From positions 211,366-275,365 of the forward strand of contig JAHRWA010000010.1 of the NCBI GenBank assembly GCA_019090455.1: a stretch of DNA of 64,000 nucleotides, written 5' to 3'. Both the position numbers and the translations under genes were made by a program. Positions 7,881 to 21,116 of the stretch are shown piece after piece (the stretch's first letter is position 1; the number at the start of each line of letters is the position of its first letter). The notes beneath the pieces are model-generated. The model was not told the DNA's origin. It searched no databases and saw only the letters and a list, made by a program, of their open reading frames with translations. The DNA comes from Pseudomonadales bacterium. GTDB taxonomy: Bacteria > Pseudomonadota > Gammaproteobacteria > Pseudomonadales > DC-out160.

Positions 7881-9620
7881 TCACTCCCACACTACAGACT
7901 CTCCACTAGCGGACCATGTCTCGAATAAATCACAGTACTTTTTGTCAATGGCATTTCTCTTCAACTTCAACGTTGGCGTTAAACAACCATTACCTACCGT
8001 CCAATCTTCTTTGGTAATAACAAGGCACGTAATTCGTTCATGCTTTTCTATCTGGGAATTGACCTGCTCCAACAGACTCGATAGCTCTTTAATTAAAAGT
8101 TCCTTATACTCCGCTTTAAGAATCCGCTCCTGAGCCACTAGGGATAGATTTAGCAAACAAATAGGTTGTGATAAATTCGCTCCCGTGACGCAGACTTGCT
8201 CCACGTGGTCATGACATAGCATTTTATCTTCTATGGGAACAGGCAATACGTATTTCCCTTTTTCGGTCTTAAACAGTTCGTTCACGCGCCCCGTTATTTT
8301 TAAATTACCTGCGTTATCAATAAAACCAAAATCGCCCGTTTTAAAAAAATGATCTTCTGTAAAGACTTCTGCTGTTTTCACCGGATCTTGATAGTAACCC
8401 ACCATATTGCCTGGACTCTTAACTAACACCTCCCCCGTTTCACTTAATCGAGTGGTAACACCGGGATTACTTTTCCCCACATACCCTACCTTCTGATCGC
8501 CTTTTCGAGAACTGTGCGAGTAGGCCATATTTTCAGTCATACCGTAGACTTCGAGAATTTCAATGCCTAGACGCTTATACCACTCCAAACTATTTTGAGA
8601 GAGAGGTGCAGCCCCACTTAGCAAAAGTCGCGCCTTATCCAATCCCAGCGCCAAAAGAATTTTACGTTTGACCCAACGCGAAAAAACAGGAACACGCAGC
8701 AACCGATTTAACTTTTGCTCAGATAGGTCAGCTAACACCCCTAATTGTAATTTCGTCCAAATCCGAGGTACAGCGAAGAAAATAGTCGGCCTAGCTCTCT
8801 GAATATCCCCCCTAAAAGATTCCAATGAATCCGCAAAATACACAGGTACAGCTTCATACAAAGAAGCTAATTCCACAATAACCCGTTCAGCAACATGAGA
8901 TAGGGGCAGAAAAGATAGCATTCTGTCCTCGCCGTTGATACCGTAAAATAATGCGGCATTGCTGGCTGTTATCGCCATCCCACCAAAAGTATGAACAACG
9001 CCTTTAGGCATACCGGTGGTGCCTGAGGTGTACATAATGGTACTGACCTCATCGAGCCCTCGTATTGGACTTTCAACCATGGGGTCATTACTTAACAAAA
9101 TCTCATCCCAAGACAGAAAATCATTCTCAGGGCTCAGTGGATAAGACAAACACCGTACCTGCTCTGGCACTCCTACCCGCATAAATTCCCAATCATCCAG
9201 CTTCCCAACGAACAACACCTTACATCGGCTACCCTCTAAAACCTGATTAACTGAATCTGCTGTGAGAGTGGGATACAAAGGAACCGTAACATGTCCCGCC
9301 ATCCATATTGCTAGATCACTCAAAATCCAATGAGCACAATTTTTTGATAGAATACCAATACTAGTACCCGGTTCCAGCCTAAGTGATTTAAGGTAGCTAG
9401 CGACACGACGCACTTCATCAGCGACACGTTGCCAATGGTATTCAACGACTTTGTTGTCACCATATGGCTGCGTTAGATAGAGTTTATCCGGGCAGTTTTT
9501 TTCCCAGTAATAGAGTTTTTCTAGTGGTAGCTGTATCTCTACAGGTAGCCCAATCTGGGGCGAAAGAGTTAAGGCAGGTGAAGCGGAACTTCTTTTAGCT
9601 AGCGCTTCATTTGTAGGCAT
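7881..9620 (-). CDS. AMP-dependent synthetase/ligase (long-chain fatty acid-CoA ligase-like)
   Basis: 579 aa. AMP-binding motif IMYTSGTTGMPKGV, plus YGMTE and TGDFGFIDNAGNLKITGR motifs. Confidence 0.88.
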   Translation of the reverse strand: MPTNEALAKRSSASPALTLSPQIGLPVEIQLPLEKLYYWEKNCPDKLYLTQPYGDNKVVEYHWQRVADEVRRVASYLKSLRLEPGTSIGILSKNCAHWILSDLAIWMAGHVTVPLYPTLTADSVNQVLEGSRCKVLFVGKLDDWEFMRVGVPEQVRCLSYPLSPENDFLSWDEILLSNDPMVESPIRGLDEVSTIMYTSGTTGMPKGVVHTFGGMAITASNAALFYGINGEDRMLSFLPLSHVAERVIVELASLYEAVPVYFADSLESFRGDIQRARPTIFFAVPRIWTKLQLGVLADLSEQKLNRLLRVPVFSRWVKRKILLALGLDKARLLLSGAAPLSQNSLEWYKRLGIEILEVYGMTENMAYSHSSRKGDQKVGYVGKSNPGVTTRLSETGEVLVKSPGNMVGYYQDPVKTAEVFTEDHFFKTGDFGFIDNAGNLKITGRVNELFKTEKGKYVLPVPIEDKMLCHDHVEQVCVTGANLSQPICLLNLSLVAQERILKAEYKELLIKELSSLLEQVNSQIEKHERITCLVITKEDWTVGNGCLTPTLKLKRNAIDKKYCDLFETWSASGESVVWE

Positions 9621-9640
9621 TAATTTCTCTGCGGATTTGA

Positions 9641-10114
9641 TTAGCGTAAATCATCGACATGTTGTAACCAGTTCAGCTCAGCCATGCCCGGTTGAAGCAT
9701 TTCCACTTCCAGGCATGCTAGCGAAGCCGTATCCATTCCCACACGCGGTGAGGTTTCCCCCCAAACCAAATAAGTAATAAGGCTACTAACCAATGGCTGA
9801 TGACTTACCATCAACAAATCACCTGTCATATGCTCATCCAGTGATTTAACAGTACGAGTTACCGGAATATCAGGAGTGATATTTGCATTTTCAATAATGT
9901 CAGTTGTTAATTTCGCAACTTCCTTAAATATTGCTGCCGTTTGTCTCGCCCTTAGATACGGGCTGCAAATGATGCGCTCAATCCCATCGGCATGGGTGGC
10001 ACAATAATCAGCAATGGCTTGCACCTGTGAAACACCATGCTCGGTCAAAGCTCTCTCTGCATCACTGGCGGCAACTCTCTGCGCTGCACCATGCCTCAGT
10101 ATGTACAATTTCAT
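9641..10114 (-). CDS. sixA: Phosphohistidine phosphatase SixA
   Basis: His-phosphatase RHG motif in MKLYILRHGAA. I chose ATG at 10114; the track's longer ORF starts at a TTG at 10147 and adds 11 residues not expected for SixA. Confidence 0.8.
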   Translation of the reverse strand: MKLYILRHGAAQRVAASDAERALTEHGVSQVQAIADYCATHADGIERIICSPYLRARQTAAIFKEVAKLTTDIIENANITPDIPVTRTVKSLDEHMTGDLLMVSHQPLVSSLITYLVWGETSPRVGMDTASLACLEVEMLQPGMAELNWLQHVDDLR

Positions 10115-10171
10115 AGGATGAATCTCTAATGATTTGTTGTCTGACAATTCATTCGAAGTCTAATCACTTCT

Positions 10172-11191
10172 TTATTTCGCTTCAAACTCCACATCACTAG
10201 TGTGATCCCCTAACATAAGGCCTTTGATGACGTTTTGCAGCGGCTGATGATCGAAGATAATCGAATATAATCCAGAGACTAGCGGCATATAAATACCCAA
10301 CTCATCTGCTTTTTCTTTAACCATCTTTATTGTGTTGATTCCTTCCGCTGTTTGTCCAATTGTGTCTATCGCATCATCTAATGATTTACCCTGCCCTAGC
10401 AAAAAACCTACCTGAAAATTTCGACTTAAATGGGAACTACAAGTAGCCACTAGATCTCCCACGCCTGCCAATCCCAAAAAGGTCATAGGATCCGCTCCAA
10501 GCGTTTTTGCAAATCGACCCATTTCAGCAAGACTACGGGTAATCAGCATACTTCTCGTATTCTCTCCCGTCTTCATGGCTTCTGCCATTCCCGATGCGAC
10601 GGCATATATATTTTTTAACGCGCCCCCCAGCTCAACACCGTAGACATCGGAACTGGCGTAAACACGAAATTTTTCAGAAGATAGGGAGTCTTGAATGGTG
10701 GTACAGACCGTTCCCTGATCACTGGCAATCACCGTCGCAGTGGGGGAACCCATCAATATTTCTTTCGCCAAATTCGGGCCGCTTAAGACACCTACAGAAT
10801 GGTCGCCTAATTCTTCTTGTAATATCTTGCTCATCAAACAAAAACTTTGCCGCTCAATTCCCTTAGTCGTGGATATCAGAATTGTCTCTTGAGACAACGA
10901 TGGTTTGATTTGTTTCACGACATCTCGAAACACTTGACTGGGAATGGACAGGTAAACAATATCTGCATTCTTCACTGCAGACTCAATTTCATTGGTAGCA
11001 AGGATATGCTGATTGAGCTTAATTCCAGGTAAGTACTTGGTATTCTCTTGCAAATCATTAATTGATTTGACTTGAGTTTCATCCCGCATCCACCATTGCA
11101 CTTGGTGACCTTTACCCGCGCAAATATTAGCAATGGCAGTACCAAAACTACCGCCTCCTAACACACAAACTACATGACGCCGCTTCGCCAT
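10172..11191 (-). CDS. gpsA: NAD(P)H-dependent glycerol-3-phosphate dehydrogenase
   Basis: 339 aa. Rossmann motif VLGGGSFGTA; GpsA motifs GLKGIE-like TKGIE, GPNLAKE and GALKNIYA. Confidence 0.93.
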   Translation of the reverse strand: MAKRRHVVCVLGGGSFGTAIANICAGKGHQVQWWMRDETQVKSINDLQENTKYLPGIKLNQHILATNEIESAVKNADIVYLSIPSQVFRDVVKQIKPSLSQETILISTTKGIERQSFCLMSKILQEELGDHSVGVLSGPNLAKEILMGSPTATVIASDQGTVCTTIQDSLSSEKFRVYASSDVYGVELGGALKNIYAVASGMAEAMKTGENTRSMLITRSLAEMGRFAKTLGADPMTFLGLAGVGDLVATCSSHLSRNFQVGFLLGQGKSLDDAIDTIGQTAEGINTIKMVKEKADELGIYMPLVSGLYSIIFDHQPLQNVIKGLMLGDHTSDVEFEAK

Positions 11192-11476
11192 CAGATTTAA
11201 TATTCCTGTCAGTATTACTCGATTACATCATAAAAAGTCTGTACCGATTATACGGGCAAACTCCCTGCATCGGTAATGGTTAACGTAAAGGAAACACAAT
11301 TAAATTTGAGGCAGTAAAATCTAACGAATACTCGGAATAACAGACAGTCACGATAATCGACAACTAATGTTCCTACAGATCATATAAAACCTAAACGTAG
11401 GTAATAGTCGAAGGGAGACAAAAACAGACTATCGTACTATTTCGACATACTATTTTGACTGTATTATTTCGAGCCA

Positions 11477-11794
11477 TTACAGCCAACGAGATAATACGAG
11501 TTCTGTTTCTAGAAAATCTTTTGTACCTGCAGGACCACTCACTTCCAGCCATACGGGTCCTTGATTAGATTCAATCGACAAGCTAAAGCGTAAAAAGGAA
11601 TTACATTTGGTTTCAAGATATAACCAATCCGTCACTAGAATCATATCTTCTTCGTTCGATGAAAAACGCAGCTTGTATCCGTTTTCCACTTCTAACACTT
11701 GTTTTATAGAATCAAGAACAACACCCAGTATTTCAGTTCTTTCATCGAGAGCATCGTTCTTTGAATAAATTCGCTTGGGATCAATCTTATACAC
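11477..11794 (-). CDS. Hypothetical protein
   Basis: 105-aa ORF flanked by ~300-bp non-coding regions on both sides. No motif I can name with confidence. Confidence 0.4.
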   Translation of the reverse strand: MYKIDPKRIYSKNDALDERTEILGVVLDSIKQVLEVENGYKLRFSSNEEDMILVTDWLYLETKCNSFLRFSLSIESNQGPVWLEVSGPAGTKDFLETELVLSRWL

Positions 11795-12106
11795 ACTGAT
11801 TCTCCACTCGTTTTAGATCACTCGCATTAACTAAATTTTTTAGCACTCTTTTAGGAATAGCACAGGAAGGTTGACTAGAACAGGTGACGCTATGAAGTAT
11901 TCAGTATATTTAAATTGATTTCTATTTTGGTTTTTACTTAAACGAATACCACGATTGCAGACACTCGTAACCTTGAAGAGGACCCTTGGCTTTATCGAAA
12001 ACCATTTAAAAAATGGGTCATCTCTAGATCGATAAGGGATTATCGATGAATAGAATTACCACTACCCATAAATGAAATAGTGGTAATTAAAAGAGCAATA
12101 AACATC

Positions 12107-14047
12107 CTACTTGGATATTTCCAATAACAAATTATTGATGCGTTTCACGTATGCTGAAGGATCATCAAGCTGACTTCCTTCCGCTAATGTGGCTTGATCA
12201 AAAACAACTAGCGCTAAGTCCTTGAATCGATCTTCCTGAATTTCATCCTTCATTTTCTCAACGATCGGATGACTAGGATTAATCTCTAGAGTCGCTTTAG
12301 TTTCAGGAACAGCCTGCCCTGCCGCTTTCATTATTTGCTGCATTTGGGCTCCCATATCGTTATTCCCTAACACCAAACATGCTGGAGAGTCAGTTAAACG
12401 AGTTGTAACTCGAACATCTTCAACCTTGTCTGCTAACGCCTCTTTAACTCGCTTAACGATTTCCTCAGATGTTTTTTCGAGTTTTTCTTGATCATCTTTC
12501 TCGCTATTATCCGCCAGCTCACCAAGATCCAATTCACCTTTGCTAATATTCTCAAATTGTTTGCCATCAAATTCAGTGAGATAACTCATCATCCACTCAT
12601 CAATTCGATCGGTCATCAGGATGACGTCTATCCCTTTTTTGCGAAAGACTTCTATATGAGGGCTGTTCACAACCGCGTTATAACTTTCACCACTAATGTA
12701 ATAAATCTTGTTTTGCCCTTCTTTCATTTTTCCAACATAGTCCTCTAGAGACTGTGTCTGGCCCTCTCCCCCCGCTGAAGTAGTAGCAAAACGCAGCAAC
12801 TTAGCGACCTTCTCTTTATTGGAAAAGTCTTCGCCGGGCCCTTCTTTCAATACTTGACCAAACTCTTGCCAAAGTCCTTGATACCCATCTTTGTCATTTT
12901 TAGCGAGTTTTATCAGCATATCTAATACACGCTTGGTCAAAGCACTTTTCATGCTTTCTACGCTTTTATTTCCCTGTAGTATTTCTCGCGATATATTCAA
13001 GGGCAGATCATTTGAATCGAGAATACCTTTAATGAACCTTAAGTATGAGGGCAAAAACTGTTCAGCCTCATCCATAATAAAAACGCGCTGTACATACAAC
13101 TTAAGACCTTTTGGTGCATCTCTGTTGTACATATCAAATGGCGCGCGCTTGGGAATATACAACAAGCTATTGTATTCGAGCTTGCCTTCTACTCGGTTAT
13201 GACTCCAAGTCGCTGGCTCTTCGAAATCATGGCTAATATGTTTGTAGAACTCTTTGTATTCTTCATCGGTAATCTCACTTCGAGAACGCGTCCAAAGCGC
13301 AGTAGCTTTATTGACGGCTTCATATTCAGGCGCTTTGTCTTCTTCTTTCTTCGCTTCAGTTTCCCCTTCATCACCCTCTTCCGGCATTGAGGGCATTTCT
13401 TCCTTTTCCATTTCTACAGGCAAGGAAATGTGATCAGAATATTTGCGTATGATATTACGTAAACGATACCCATCGGCGAATTCAGATTCGTCCTCATTGA
13501 GGTGTACTACGATGGTGGTTCCTCGTTTCGCTACATCAATATTCTCAACGGTGAATTCACCCTCCCCCTCTGATACCCATTTGACACCGGTGTCTGAAGC
13601 AGCACCTGCTTTTCGGCTCAGGACCTCAACCTGTTTTGCAACGATAAACGAAGAATAAAACCCAACGCCAAACTGACCTATCATTTGCGAATCTTTTTGC
13701 TGATCGCCAGACAGTGATTCGAGAAACTGGGAAGTCCCTGATTTCGCAATCGTTCCCAGATGCTCAATGACATCTTCACGGCTCATCCCAATACCGTTGT
13801 CAATGATAGAAACTGTATTGGCCTCTTTATCAAACTCGATTCGAATCTTTAAATCTGGATCTTCGCTGAGTAAAGAGCCATCTGTCAGACTTTCGAATCT
13901 GAGTTTATCCACTGCGTCCGATGCATTGGATATCAGCTCTCGCAAAAATATCTCTTTATTACTGTACAAAGAATGCACCATCAGATGCAGTAATTTAGAA
14001 ACTTCGGTTTGAAATCCAAGGGTTTGTTTTTCTGCAGTTTCTGCCAT
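12107..14047 (-). CDS. htpG: Molecular chaperone HtpG (Hsp90)
   Basis: 646 aa. Hsp90 N-terminal signature [36 protein letters not shown], plus GQFGVGFYS. Confidence 0.96.
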   Translation of the reverse strand: MAETAEKQTLGFQTEVSKLLHLMVHSLYSNKEIFLRELISNASDAVDKLRFESLTDGSLLSEDPDLKIRIEFDKEANTVSIIDNGIGMSREDVIEHLGTIAKSGTSQFLESLSGDQQKDSQMIGQFGVGFYSSFIVAKQVEVLSRKAGAASDTGVKWVSEGEGEFTVENIDVAKRGTTIVVHLNEDESEFADGYRLRNIIRKYSDHISLPVEMEKEEMPSMPEEGDEGETEAKKEEDKAPEYEAVNKATALWTRSRSEITDEEYKEFYKHISHDFEEPATWSHNRVEGKLEYNSLLYIPKRAPFDMYNRDAPKGLKLYVQRVFIMDEAEQFLPSYLRFIKGILDSNDLPLNISREILQGNKSVESMKSALTKRVLDMLIKLAKNDKDGYQGLWQEFGQVLKEGPGEDFSNKEKVAKLLRFATTSAGGEGQTQSLEDYVGKMKEGQNKIYYISGESYNAVVNSPHIEVFRKKGIDVILMTDRIDEWMMSYLTEFDGKQFENISKGELDLGELADNSEKDDQEKLEKTSEEIVKRVKEALADKVEDVRVTTRLTDSPACLVLGNNDMGAQMQQIMKAAGQAVPETKATLEINPSHPIVEKMKDEIQEDRFKDLALVVFDQATLAEGSQLDDPSAYVKRINNLLLEISK

Positions 14048-14141
14048 GTTTAAAAATTCCTTTCGCCAAGCATTGATTTTACTATCGTTTAACGTGTTTC
14101 ATTATTGATTATATTTGCAGCGCTCACTGCCAATGAAGAAT

Positions 14142-14170
14142 AGATGGGGACAGGCTCGCCTCTTTTCAAG
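14142..14170 (-). promoter_or_regulatory. Sigma-32 (RpoH) heat-shock promoter of htpG
   Basis: The minus strand reads CTTGAAA-(14 nt)-CCCCATCT, close to the sigma-32 consensus CTTGAAA-N13-15-CCCCATNT. It lies ~90 nt upstream of the htpG ATG. Confidence 0.7.
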
Positions 14171-14417
14171 TCACATCGATCATCCATCACGTTTAACCCT
14201 ATATAACCCTGCTTAGAGACTCTGATTAGTGATTTTGAAAAGACAACCTTAAAAAGTGTGGAGCCTGTCTAAGTTAGGACAAAGAGTAAGGATCTGTTTT
14301 AATAATGCGCTTTTTTCTAGACTTATATTTGTGGTGTAATCTCTTGCACCACAAACCTTACCTTTTAGGTAGGCTTTTGACTACTATATAAAAAACAGCA
14401 CAAAGTAAGGATGATTT

Positions 14418-15542
14418 TTGCTACCGACCTATTACAGGCAAAACCCACAAACTCTAGTTCTGTGGATGATTCTGTTAACCTCAGCTCTCCTGTACGCTCC
14501 TCTTGCTAGCGGGCTTGCTATAGCAACAAATAATAGTGATTTGGCGCTTAGCAGCCATACTCTTGACCCCAGTGCACAACCTGCCAATGAAGACCCAACT
14601 GAGCCCCCCCCAACGTCTGATATAAATAAATTTTTAACACCCTGTACAACGAAGATTACAGGTGAGCTATCCTGGTTAGATCGCACCCACACCGCATTGT
14701 CACGTCAAGTATGCAACCAAGCCAAACGCTTTGATCGTTTTTTCGGGGATATAAACTACGAAACAAACGATGCAACTAGCTTCATTCGAATTCGAAATAG
14801 TTTTATTTTCAAACGAAGTGAAGATTCAAATTTTGAGTTCGCTCCTCGAATTAAGGCGAGAATCTATTTGCCCAGCGCGAGACAAAGAATCAACTTAATC
14901 ATCAGTGATGATACCGAAAACCAGGATAGTATTTCGTCGTCAACAGAAACGACAACCAATAGTATCGAAGAAAAAAAAAATGTTTCTACGGCTTTAAGAT
15001 GGGTGATCCCCTACATTAAGTTTGTGAAACTAGATGTCGATGTAGGCGCCCGATTTAATAACGGCTTCACCACCTTCGTTAAACTTCGTTCCAGAAAAAG
15101 ATTTCAAATTGATGAGCGAGGGATATTAACCGCAACAGGAACGCTTTTTTGGATAGATCACGAAGGATTCGGAGAGCGAACTCAGCTCGATTACGAACAA
15201 ATCATTTCTAAGAATTACCTTTTACGGTGGACATCGGCGGGCAACTTTTCACAAAGTACAAAGGGGATTGACTATAGCCAGCGAATAACCTTATATCAGC
15301 AATTCGATAAGCATCGAGCCATGTCATACTATATTGGCATGAATGGATCAACTCGCCCATACCCCCTACTGGAAGAGTACGGTTTAGGCGTGCGCTATCG
15401 TAAGGACATTCATCACGGTTGGCTTTTTCTTGAAATTGAACCCGAGCTTTTCTGGCCCTCAGAAGAAGATCGGGACACTATTTGGCGTTTTACAGTGCGA
15501 TTAGAAGCGCAATTTGGCCAAAGGCGAAATGCCGAACCTTAA
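14418..15542 (+). CDS. Hypothetical exported protein (possibly outer-membrane associated)
   Basis: 374 aa. N-terminal hydrophobic signal-like segment (LVLWMILLTSALLYAPLASGLAIA). Alternative start ATG at 14466. No named domain recognised. Confidence 0.55.
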   Translation: MLPTYYRQNPQTLVLWMILLTSALLYAPLASGLAIATNNSDLALSSHTLDPSAQPANEDPTEPPPTSDINKFLTPCTTKITGELSWLDRTHTALSRQVCNQAKRFDRFFGDINYETNDATSFIRIRNSFIFKRSEDSNFEFAPRIKARIYLPSARQRINLIISDDTENQDSISSSTETTTNSIEEKKNVSTALRWVIPYIKFVKLDVDVGARFNNGFTTFVKLRSRKRFQIDERGILTATGTLFWIDHEGFGERTQLDYEQIISKNYLLRWTSAGNFSQSTKGIDYSQRITLYQQFDKHRAMSYYIGMNGSTRPYPLLEEYGLGVRYRKDIHHGWLFLEIEPELFWPSEEDRDTIWRFTVRLEAQFGQRRNAEP

Positions 15543-15564
15543 TACCTCGACTAGACTAAACAAC

Positions 15565-16080
15565 ATGTATCGATTGAATGTTGAAAAGTTTCCCTCTATC
15601 GCGAGTCTCTATTCCGCTTGGCTAGTATTGCTTTATATTATCGTGGCTTACGCTATTGCCACCGGAGATATGCTTTACCGAATGGAACAGGTCATTGATT
15701 ACCTAGGAAATATATCGTCTTCTCGTACACGCGAAAATACAGCAACAATATTAATGGCCATGGCCCTCTTCACAGAGCTAGTGCCACTTTGGTTTGGCGC
15801 TATTTTAATTAGACTTGAAGCGCCTCATCGTCGATGGATGCGCTGGCCTCTTACTGCTTTCTGCCTAGGAATCGCCTATACAGTTGTACACAACACATCA
15901 AAACTCCACAGTTTATATTATAACTTAATCGGGCCACACGATTGGATCTTCGCAGGGGCAACAGTGGCTTTCATGCTATTGATTATTGTTGTGTTACACG
16001 GAAAAGGTAATTCCGATAGAGAAGACCCAACAGCATTGCGGGACCCAGAATTTAAGGATTCAGATGCAGCGAAAAACTAA
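15565..16080 (+). CDS. Hypothetical integral membrane protein
   Basis: Several hydrophobic helices. I prefer ATG at 15565 (MYRLNVEKF) over the track's start at 15514, which overlaps the upstream gene by 29 nt. Confidence 0.5.
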   Translation: MYRLNVEKFPSIASLYSAWLVLLYIIVAYAIATGDMLYRMEQVIDYLGNISSSRTRENTATILMAMALFTELVPLWFGAILIRLEAPHRRWMRWPLTAFCLGIAYTVVHNTSKLHSLYYNLIGPHDWIFAGATVAFMLLIIVVLHGKGNSDREDPTALRDPEFKDSDAAKN

Positions 16081-16137
16081 TCCGCCGTTGTTTTTATCCG
16101 TCGCTGTTTTGCAACAGACACTTTAGCAAAAACACGA

Positions 16138-16188
16138 GTTCTAAACGTAAAAAAGGCAGTGTATCACTGCCTTTTTTACGTTTAGAAC
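16138..16188. terminator. Bidirectional Rho-independent terminator (perfect 24-bp inverted repeat)
   Basis: gttctaaacgtaaaaaaggcagtg-tat-cactgccttttttacgtttagaac. GC core stem GGCAGTG/CACTGCC flanked by an A-run and a T-run. It sits between the convergent 15565-16080 (+) gene and sucD (-). Confidence 0.8.
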
Positions 16189-16209
16189 TTTGTAACTCGC
16201 GACTTAATG

Positions 16210-17085
16210 CTACCAGCCAGTTAACTCTTTTAGAGCCAAACCCATTTCTGCAGGGTTTCGAACCGTTTTAACGCCAGCAGCTTCAAGTGCGGCAAATTTT
16301 TCATCCGCTGTACCTTTACCACCCGCAATAATCGCTCCAGCATGCCCCATACGTTTTCCTGCAGGTGCCGTGACTCCAGCAATGTAAGAGACTACCGGTT
16401 TAGTAACATGTTCTTTGATGTATTCCGCAGCTTCATCCTCAGCCGACCCACCAATTTCACCAACCATGATTATTGCTTCAGTCTTGTCATCATTCTGGAA
16501 TAATTCCAGCGCATCAATGAATGTTGTACCCGGAATGGGATCTCCTCCTATTCCGATACAAGTCGTCTGACCAAAACCCAACTCAGTGGTTTGATTAACC
16601 GCCTCATAAGTTAAAGTTCCAGATCGCGAAACAATACCGACTCGGCCAGGTTGGTGAATATGGCCAGGCATAATACCTATTTTGCATTCCCCTGGAGTAA
16701 TGATTCCAGGACAATTTGGCCCAATAACTCGTATGCCTTTCTTGCCTGAAATATACTCTTTTACAAATAGCATATCTAAAGCAGGAATACCTTCAGTAAT
16801 ACAAACAATCAACTCAATGCCTGCATCAGCAGCTTCTACAATAGAATCCTTACAAAATGCCGCGGGCACATAAATCACACTCGCAGTTGCTCCTGTCTTT
16901 TCTACCGCTTGTGCCACGGTATCAAATACAGGAAGCCCTAGATGGGTAGTACCACCTTTTCCAGGAGTAACTCCACCGACCATTTTTGTACCATAGGCAA
17001 TAGATTGTTCAGTATGCAGAGACCCTTGAGATCCTGTGATTCCCTGACAGATAACTTTTGTATCTTTATTAATTAAAACACTCAT
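16210..17085 (-). CDS. sucD: Succinyl-CoA synthetase alpha subunit
   Basis: 291 aa. Contains SRSGTLTYE and the active-site His region GHAGAII. Confidence 0.96.
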   Translation of the reverse strand: MSVLINKDTKVICQGITGSQGSLHTEQSIAYGTKMVGGVTPGKGGTTHLGLPVFDTVAQAVEKTGATASVIYVPAAFCKDSIVEAADAGIELIVCITEGIPALDMLFVKEYISGKKGIRVIGPNCPGIITPGECKIGIMPGHIHQPGRVGIVSRSGTLTYEAVNQTTELGFGQTTCIGIGGDPIPGTTFIDALELFQNDDKTEAIIMVGEIGGSAEDEAAEYIKEHVTKPVVSYIAGVTAPAGKRMGHAGAIIAGGKGTADEKFAALEAAGVKTVRNPAEMGLALKELTGW

Positions 17086-18251
17086 TATTTACCCTCCACT
17101 GCGGCAACAACTTTTTCAGCAGCGTCGTTAAAACTTTCAGCGGTTATAATGTTCAAACCACTTTCACTTAGTCTCTTTTTTCCTAGCTCAGCATTATTGC
17201 CTTCCAGACGAACAACAACAGGTACTTTCACACCTACTTCTTCCACTGCCCCGATAACACCGTCTGCAATCAAATCACACCGTACAATTCCGCCGAAAAT
17301 ATTCACCAGCACCGCTTGGACTTTGTCATCCGAAAGAATAATCTTGAACGCTTCTGTAACACGCTCCTTGGTCGCACCACCACCGACATCAAGGAAGTTT
17401 GCCGGATTACCCCCTTTCAACTGAACAAGGTCCATAGTACCCATCGCTAATCCGGCACCATTAACCATACAACCTATATTACCATCTAGAGACACGTAGT
17501 TAAGATCCCATTCCGCCGCTTTACGCTCACGTTCATCTTCTTGTGTAGGATCTTCCATTTCTTTCAATTGAGGTTGTCGATACAATGCACTGCCATCAAT
17601 ACCAACTTTGGCATCCAAGCAGTGTAAATCGCCAGCATCAGTAATAACTAAAGGATTTATTTCAACTAAAGCGAGATCTTTTTCTACAAATAATTTCGCC
17701 AAACCTAAGAATATTTTGGTGAACTGTTTGACTTGAGTCGCATTCAACCCAAGTTTAAATGCGATTTCTCGAGCTTGATAGGGCTGTGCGCCCACCAGAG
17801 GATCAATGGCCGCTTTGAGAATTTTCTCAGGAGTTTCTTCTGCAACCTTTTCAATCTCGACACCACCTTCTGTTGATGCCATGAAAACGACTCGACGGGT
17901 TGCTCGATCAAGTACAGCACCCAAATACAATTCATTCGCAATCTCAGTACACGGCTCTACCAATATTTTGGTAACCGGCTGCCCTCGCTCATCAGTTTGA
18001 TAGGTCACCATACGAGTGCCTAGATGCTTCTTAGCAAAAGCGCTGATTTCATCTTTACTTGTCACTAATGCAACGCCGCCCGCTTTACCTCGACCACCTG
18101 CGTGAACCTGAGCTTTAACCACCCATTTAGTGCCACCAATCAGGTCAGCTGCTTCAGCCGCCGCTTCCGGTGTATCGACTGCATAGCCTTTGGATACCGG
18201 TAGTCCATATTCAGCAAATAGCTGTTTGCCTTGGTACTCGTGTAAATTCAT
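17085..18251 (-). CDS. sucC: Succinyl-CoA synthetase beta subunit
   Basis: 388 aa. Starts [19 protein letters not shown]; ATP-grasp plus ligase-CoA domains. Its stop overlaps the sucD start. Confidence 0.96.
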   Translation of the reverse strand: MNLHEYQGKQLFAEYGLPVSKGYAVDTPEAAAEAADLIGGTKWVVKAQVHAGGRGKAGGVALVTSKDEISAFAKKHLGTRMVTYQTDERGQPVTKILVEPCTEIANELYLGAVLDRATRRVVFMASTEGGVEIEKVAEETPEKILKAAIDPLVGAQPYQAREIAFKLGLNATQVKQFTKIFLGLAKLFVEKDLALVEINPLVITDAGDLHCLDAKVGIDGSALYRQPQLKEMEDPTQEDERERKAAEWDLNYVSLDGNIGCMVNGAGLAMGTMDLVQLKGGNPANFLDVGGGATKERVTEAFKIILSDDKVQAVLVNIFGGIVRCDLIADGVIGAVEEVGVKVPVVVRLEGNNAELGKKRLSESGLNIITAESFNDAAEKVVAAVEGK

Positions 18252-18382
18252 TACATTTTACCACTTTAACTTGCGTAACCTTTTGCAGTATTAGCCTGTA
18301 AAAGGTGAGATTGTTTTACGATGTGACTTTAGAATCAAAAAACGTGAAACTTAGTGTTAATCGGTTCCTTTAGCCCATCACC

Positions 18383-19837
<1,455 letters not shown>

Positions 19838-19854
19838 CTATTCAATAAGCGGAT

Positions 19855-21060
19855 TTAGATTTCCAACAATAACCGTGTAGGATCTTCTACAAACTCTTTT
19901 ACTGTTACCAGAAACTGAACTGCATCCTTACCGTCGATCAAACGATGGTCATAAGACACAGCCAAATACATCATCGGTAATATCTCGACTTTACCATCAA
20001 CAGCCATAGGTCGCTCTTGAATTTTGTGCATACCTAAGATTGCGGTTTGGGGAGGGTTTAAAATCGGTGTCGAAAACAATGAGCCAAAGACTCCGCCATT
20101 TGAAATGGTAAACGTTCCACCTGTCATGTCATCAATACTGAGCTTGCCATCACGAGCTTTAAGTCCATAGTCAAAGATCTGTTGCTCCGTTTCTGCTAGG
20201 CTCTTTTTATTCACATCTCGCAATATAGGCACGACCAATCCGCGTTCGGTTGAAACAGCGACGCCAACATCATAAAACCCGTGATAAACCACATCGCTTC
20301 CATCAAGAGAAGCGTTAACCGCTGGATAGCGTTTTAAGGCTTCAACACAGGCACGCACAAAAAAGCCCATAAACCCAAGCTTCACACCATGTTCTTTTTC
20401 AAAAGCCTCTTTGTAGTTTTTACGCAAGGTCATGATCGGCTTCATGTTGACTTCATTAAAAGTCGTTAACATTGCTGTGTCATTTTTGGCTTGCATTAAA
20501 CGTTGCGCAATTCGAGCACGAAGACGCGTCATGGGCACACGTTTTTCTTCACGCTCGTTCAAAGCTGTAGCCGGAGTTGAAACTTCAGCTATTTTAGCCG
20601 ACGCCGTCGTGGCACTAGGAGCTACCGGCTTAGACTTCAAGTAGCCAACAACGTCTTCCTTAGTAATTCGCCCGCCTTTGCCAGTGCCAGTAACTAAGCT
20701 AACATCTACATCCTTTTCAGCGACTAACTTTCTAACCGCTGGACTCAAAGCAAGATCAGCAACCTCTGTTGATGCCTGAGAAACTGCTTCAGCTTTAGGC
20801 TCCGCAGCAGCTACACCAGCAGCGCCAGCTTCAAAATAGCCAAGGACTTCCAGGCTTAATACAGTAACGCCTTCTTCTCGGGTAATTTCCTTCAATACAC
20901 CATCAGCAGGTGCAACGACTTCTAATACTACTTTGTCGGTTTCTATATCAACGATCAACTCATCTCTAGTCACAGCCTCGCCTGCTTGCTTGTGCCATGT
21001 CGCGACGACTCCGTCCGCAACGGACTCAGGAAACTGGGGTGCCTTGATTTCGATAGTCAT
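19855..21060 (-). CDS. sucB: 2-oxoglutarate dehydrogenase E2, dihydrolipoyllysine succinyltransferase
   Basis: 401 aa. Lipoyl domain ([10 protein letters not shown]) and catalytic DHRLIDG motif. Confidence 0.95.
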   Translation of the reverse strand: MTIEIKAPQFPESVADGVVATWHKQAGEAVTRDELIVDIETDKVVLEVVAPADGVLKEITREEGVTVLSLEVLGYFEAGAAGVAAAEPKAEAVSQASTEVADLALSPAVRKLVAEKDVDVSLVTGTGKGGRITKEDVVGYLKSKPVAPSATTASAKIAEVSTPATALNEREEKRVPMTRLRARIAQRLMQAKNDTAMLTTFNEVNMKPIMTLRKNYKEAFEKEHGVKLGFMGFFVRACVEALKRYPAVNASLDGSDVVYHGFYDVGVAVSTERGLVVPILRDVNKKSLAETEQQIFDYGLKARDGKLSIDDMTGGTFTISNGGVFGSLFSTPILNPPQTAILGMHKIQERPMAVDGKVEILPMMYLAVSYDHRLIDGKDAVQFLVTVKEFVEDPTRLLLEI

Positions 21061-21116
21061 GTTATGTCCTTGAATTTCAATTTAACGGATACTCAAATGA
21101 TGTTGCTCATTGAAAA

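Noticed and set aside
12028-12088. Two AT-rich hairpins downstream of htpG as candidate terminators
   Set aside because: The stems (atcgataa/ttatcgat and aattaccacta/tagtggtaatt) are AT-rich and are not followed by a U-tract on the htpG strand. They are too weak to call.
14604-14611. C8 homopolymer in the 374-aa exported-protein gene
   Set aside because: It simply encodes Pro-Pro-Pro (TEPPPTS) and is shorter than the other tracts, so there is no reason to suspect phase variation.
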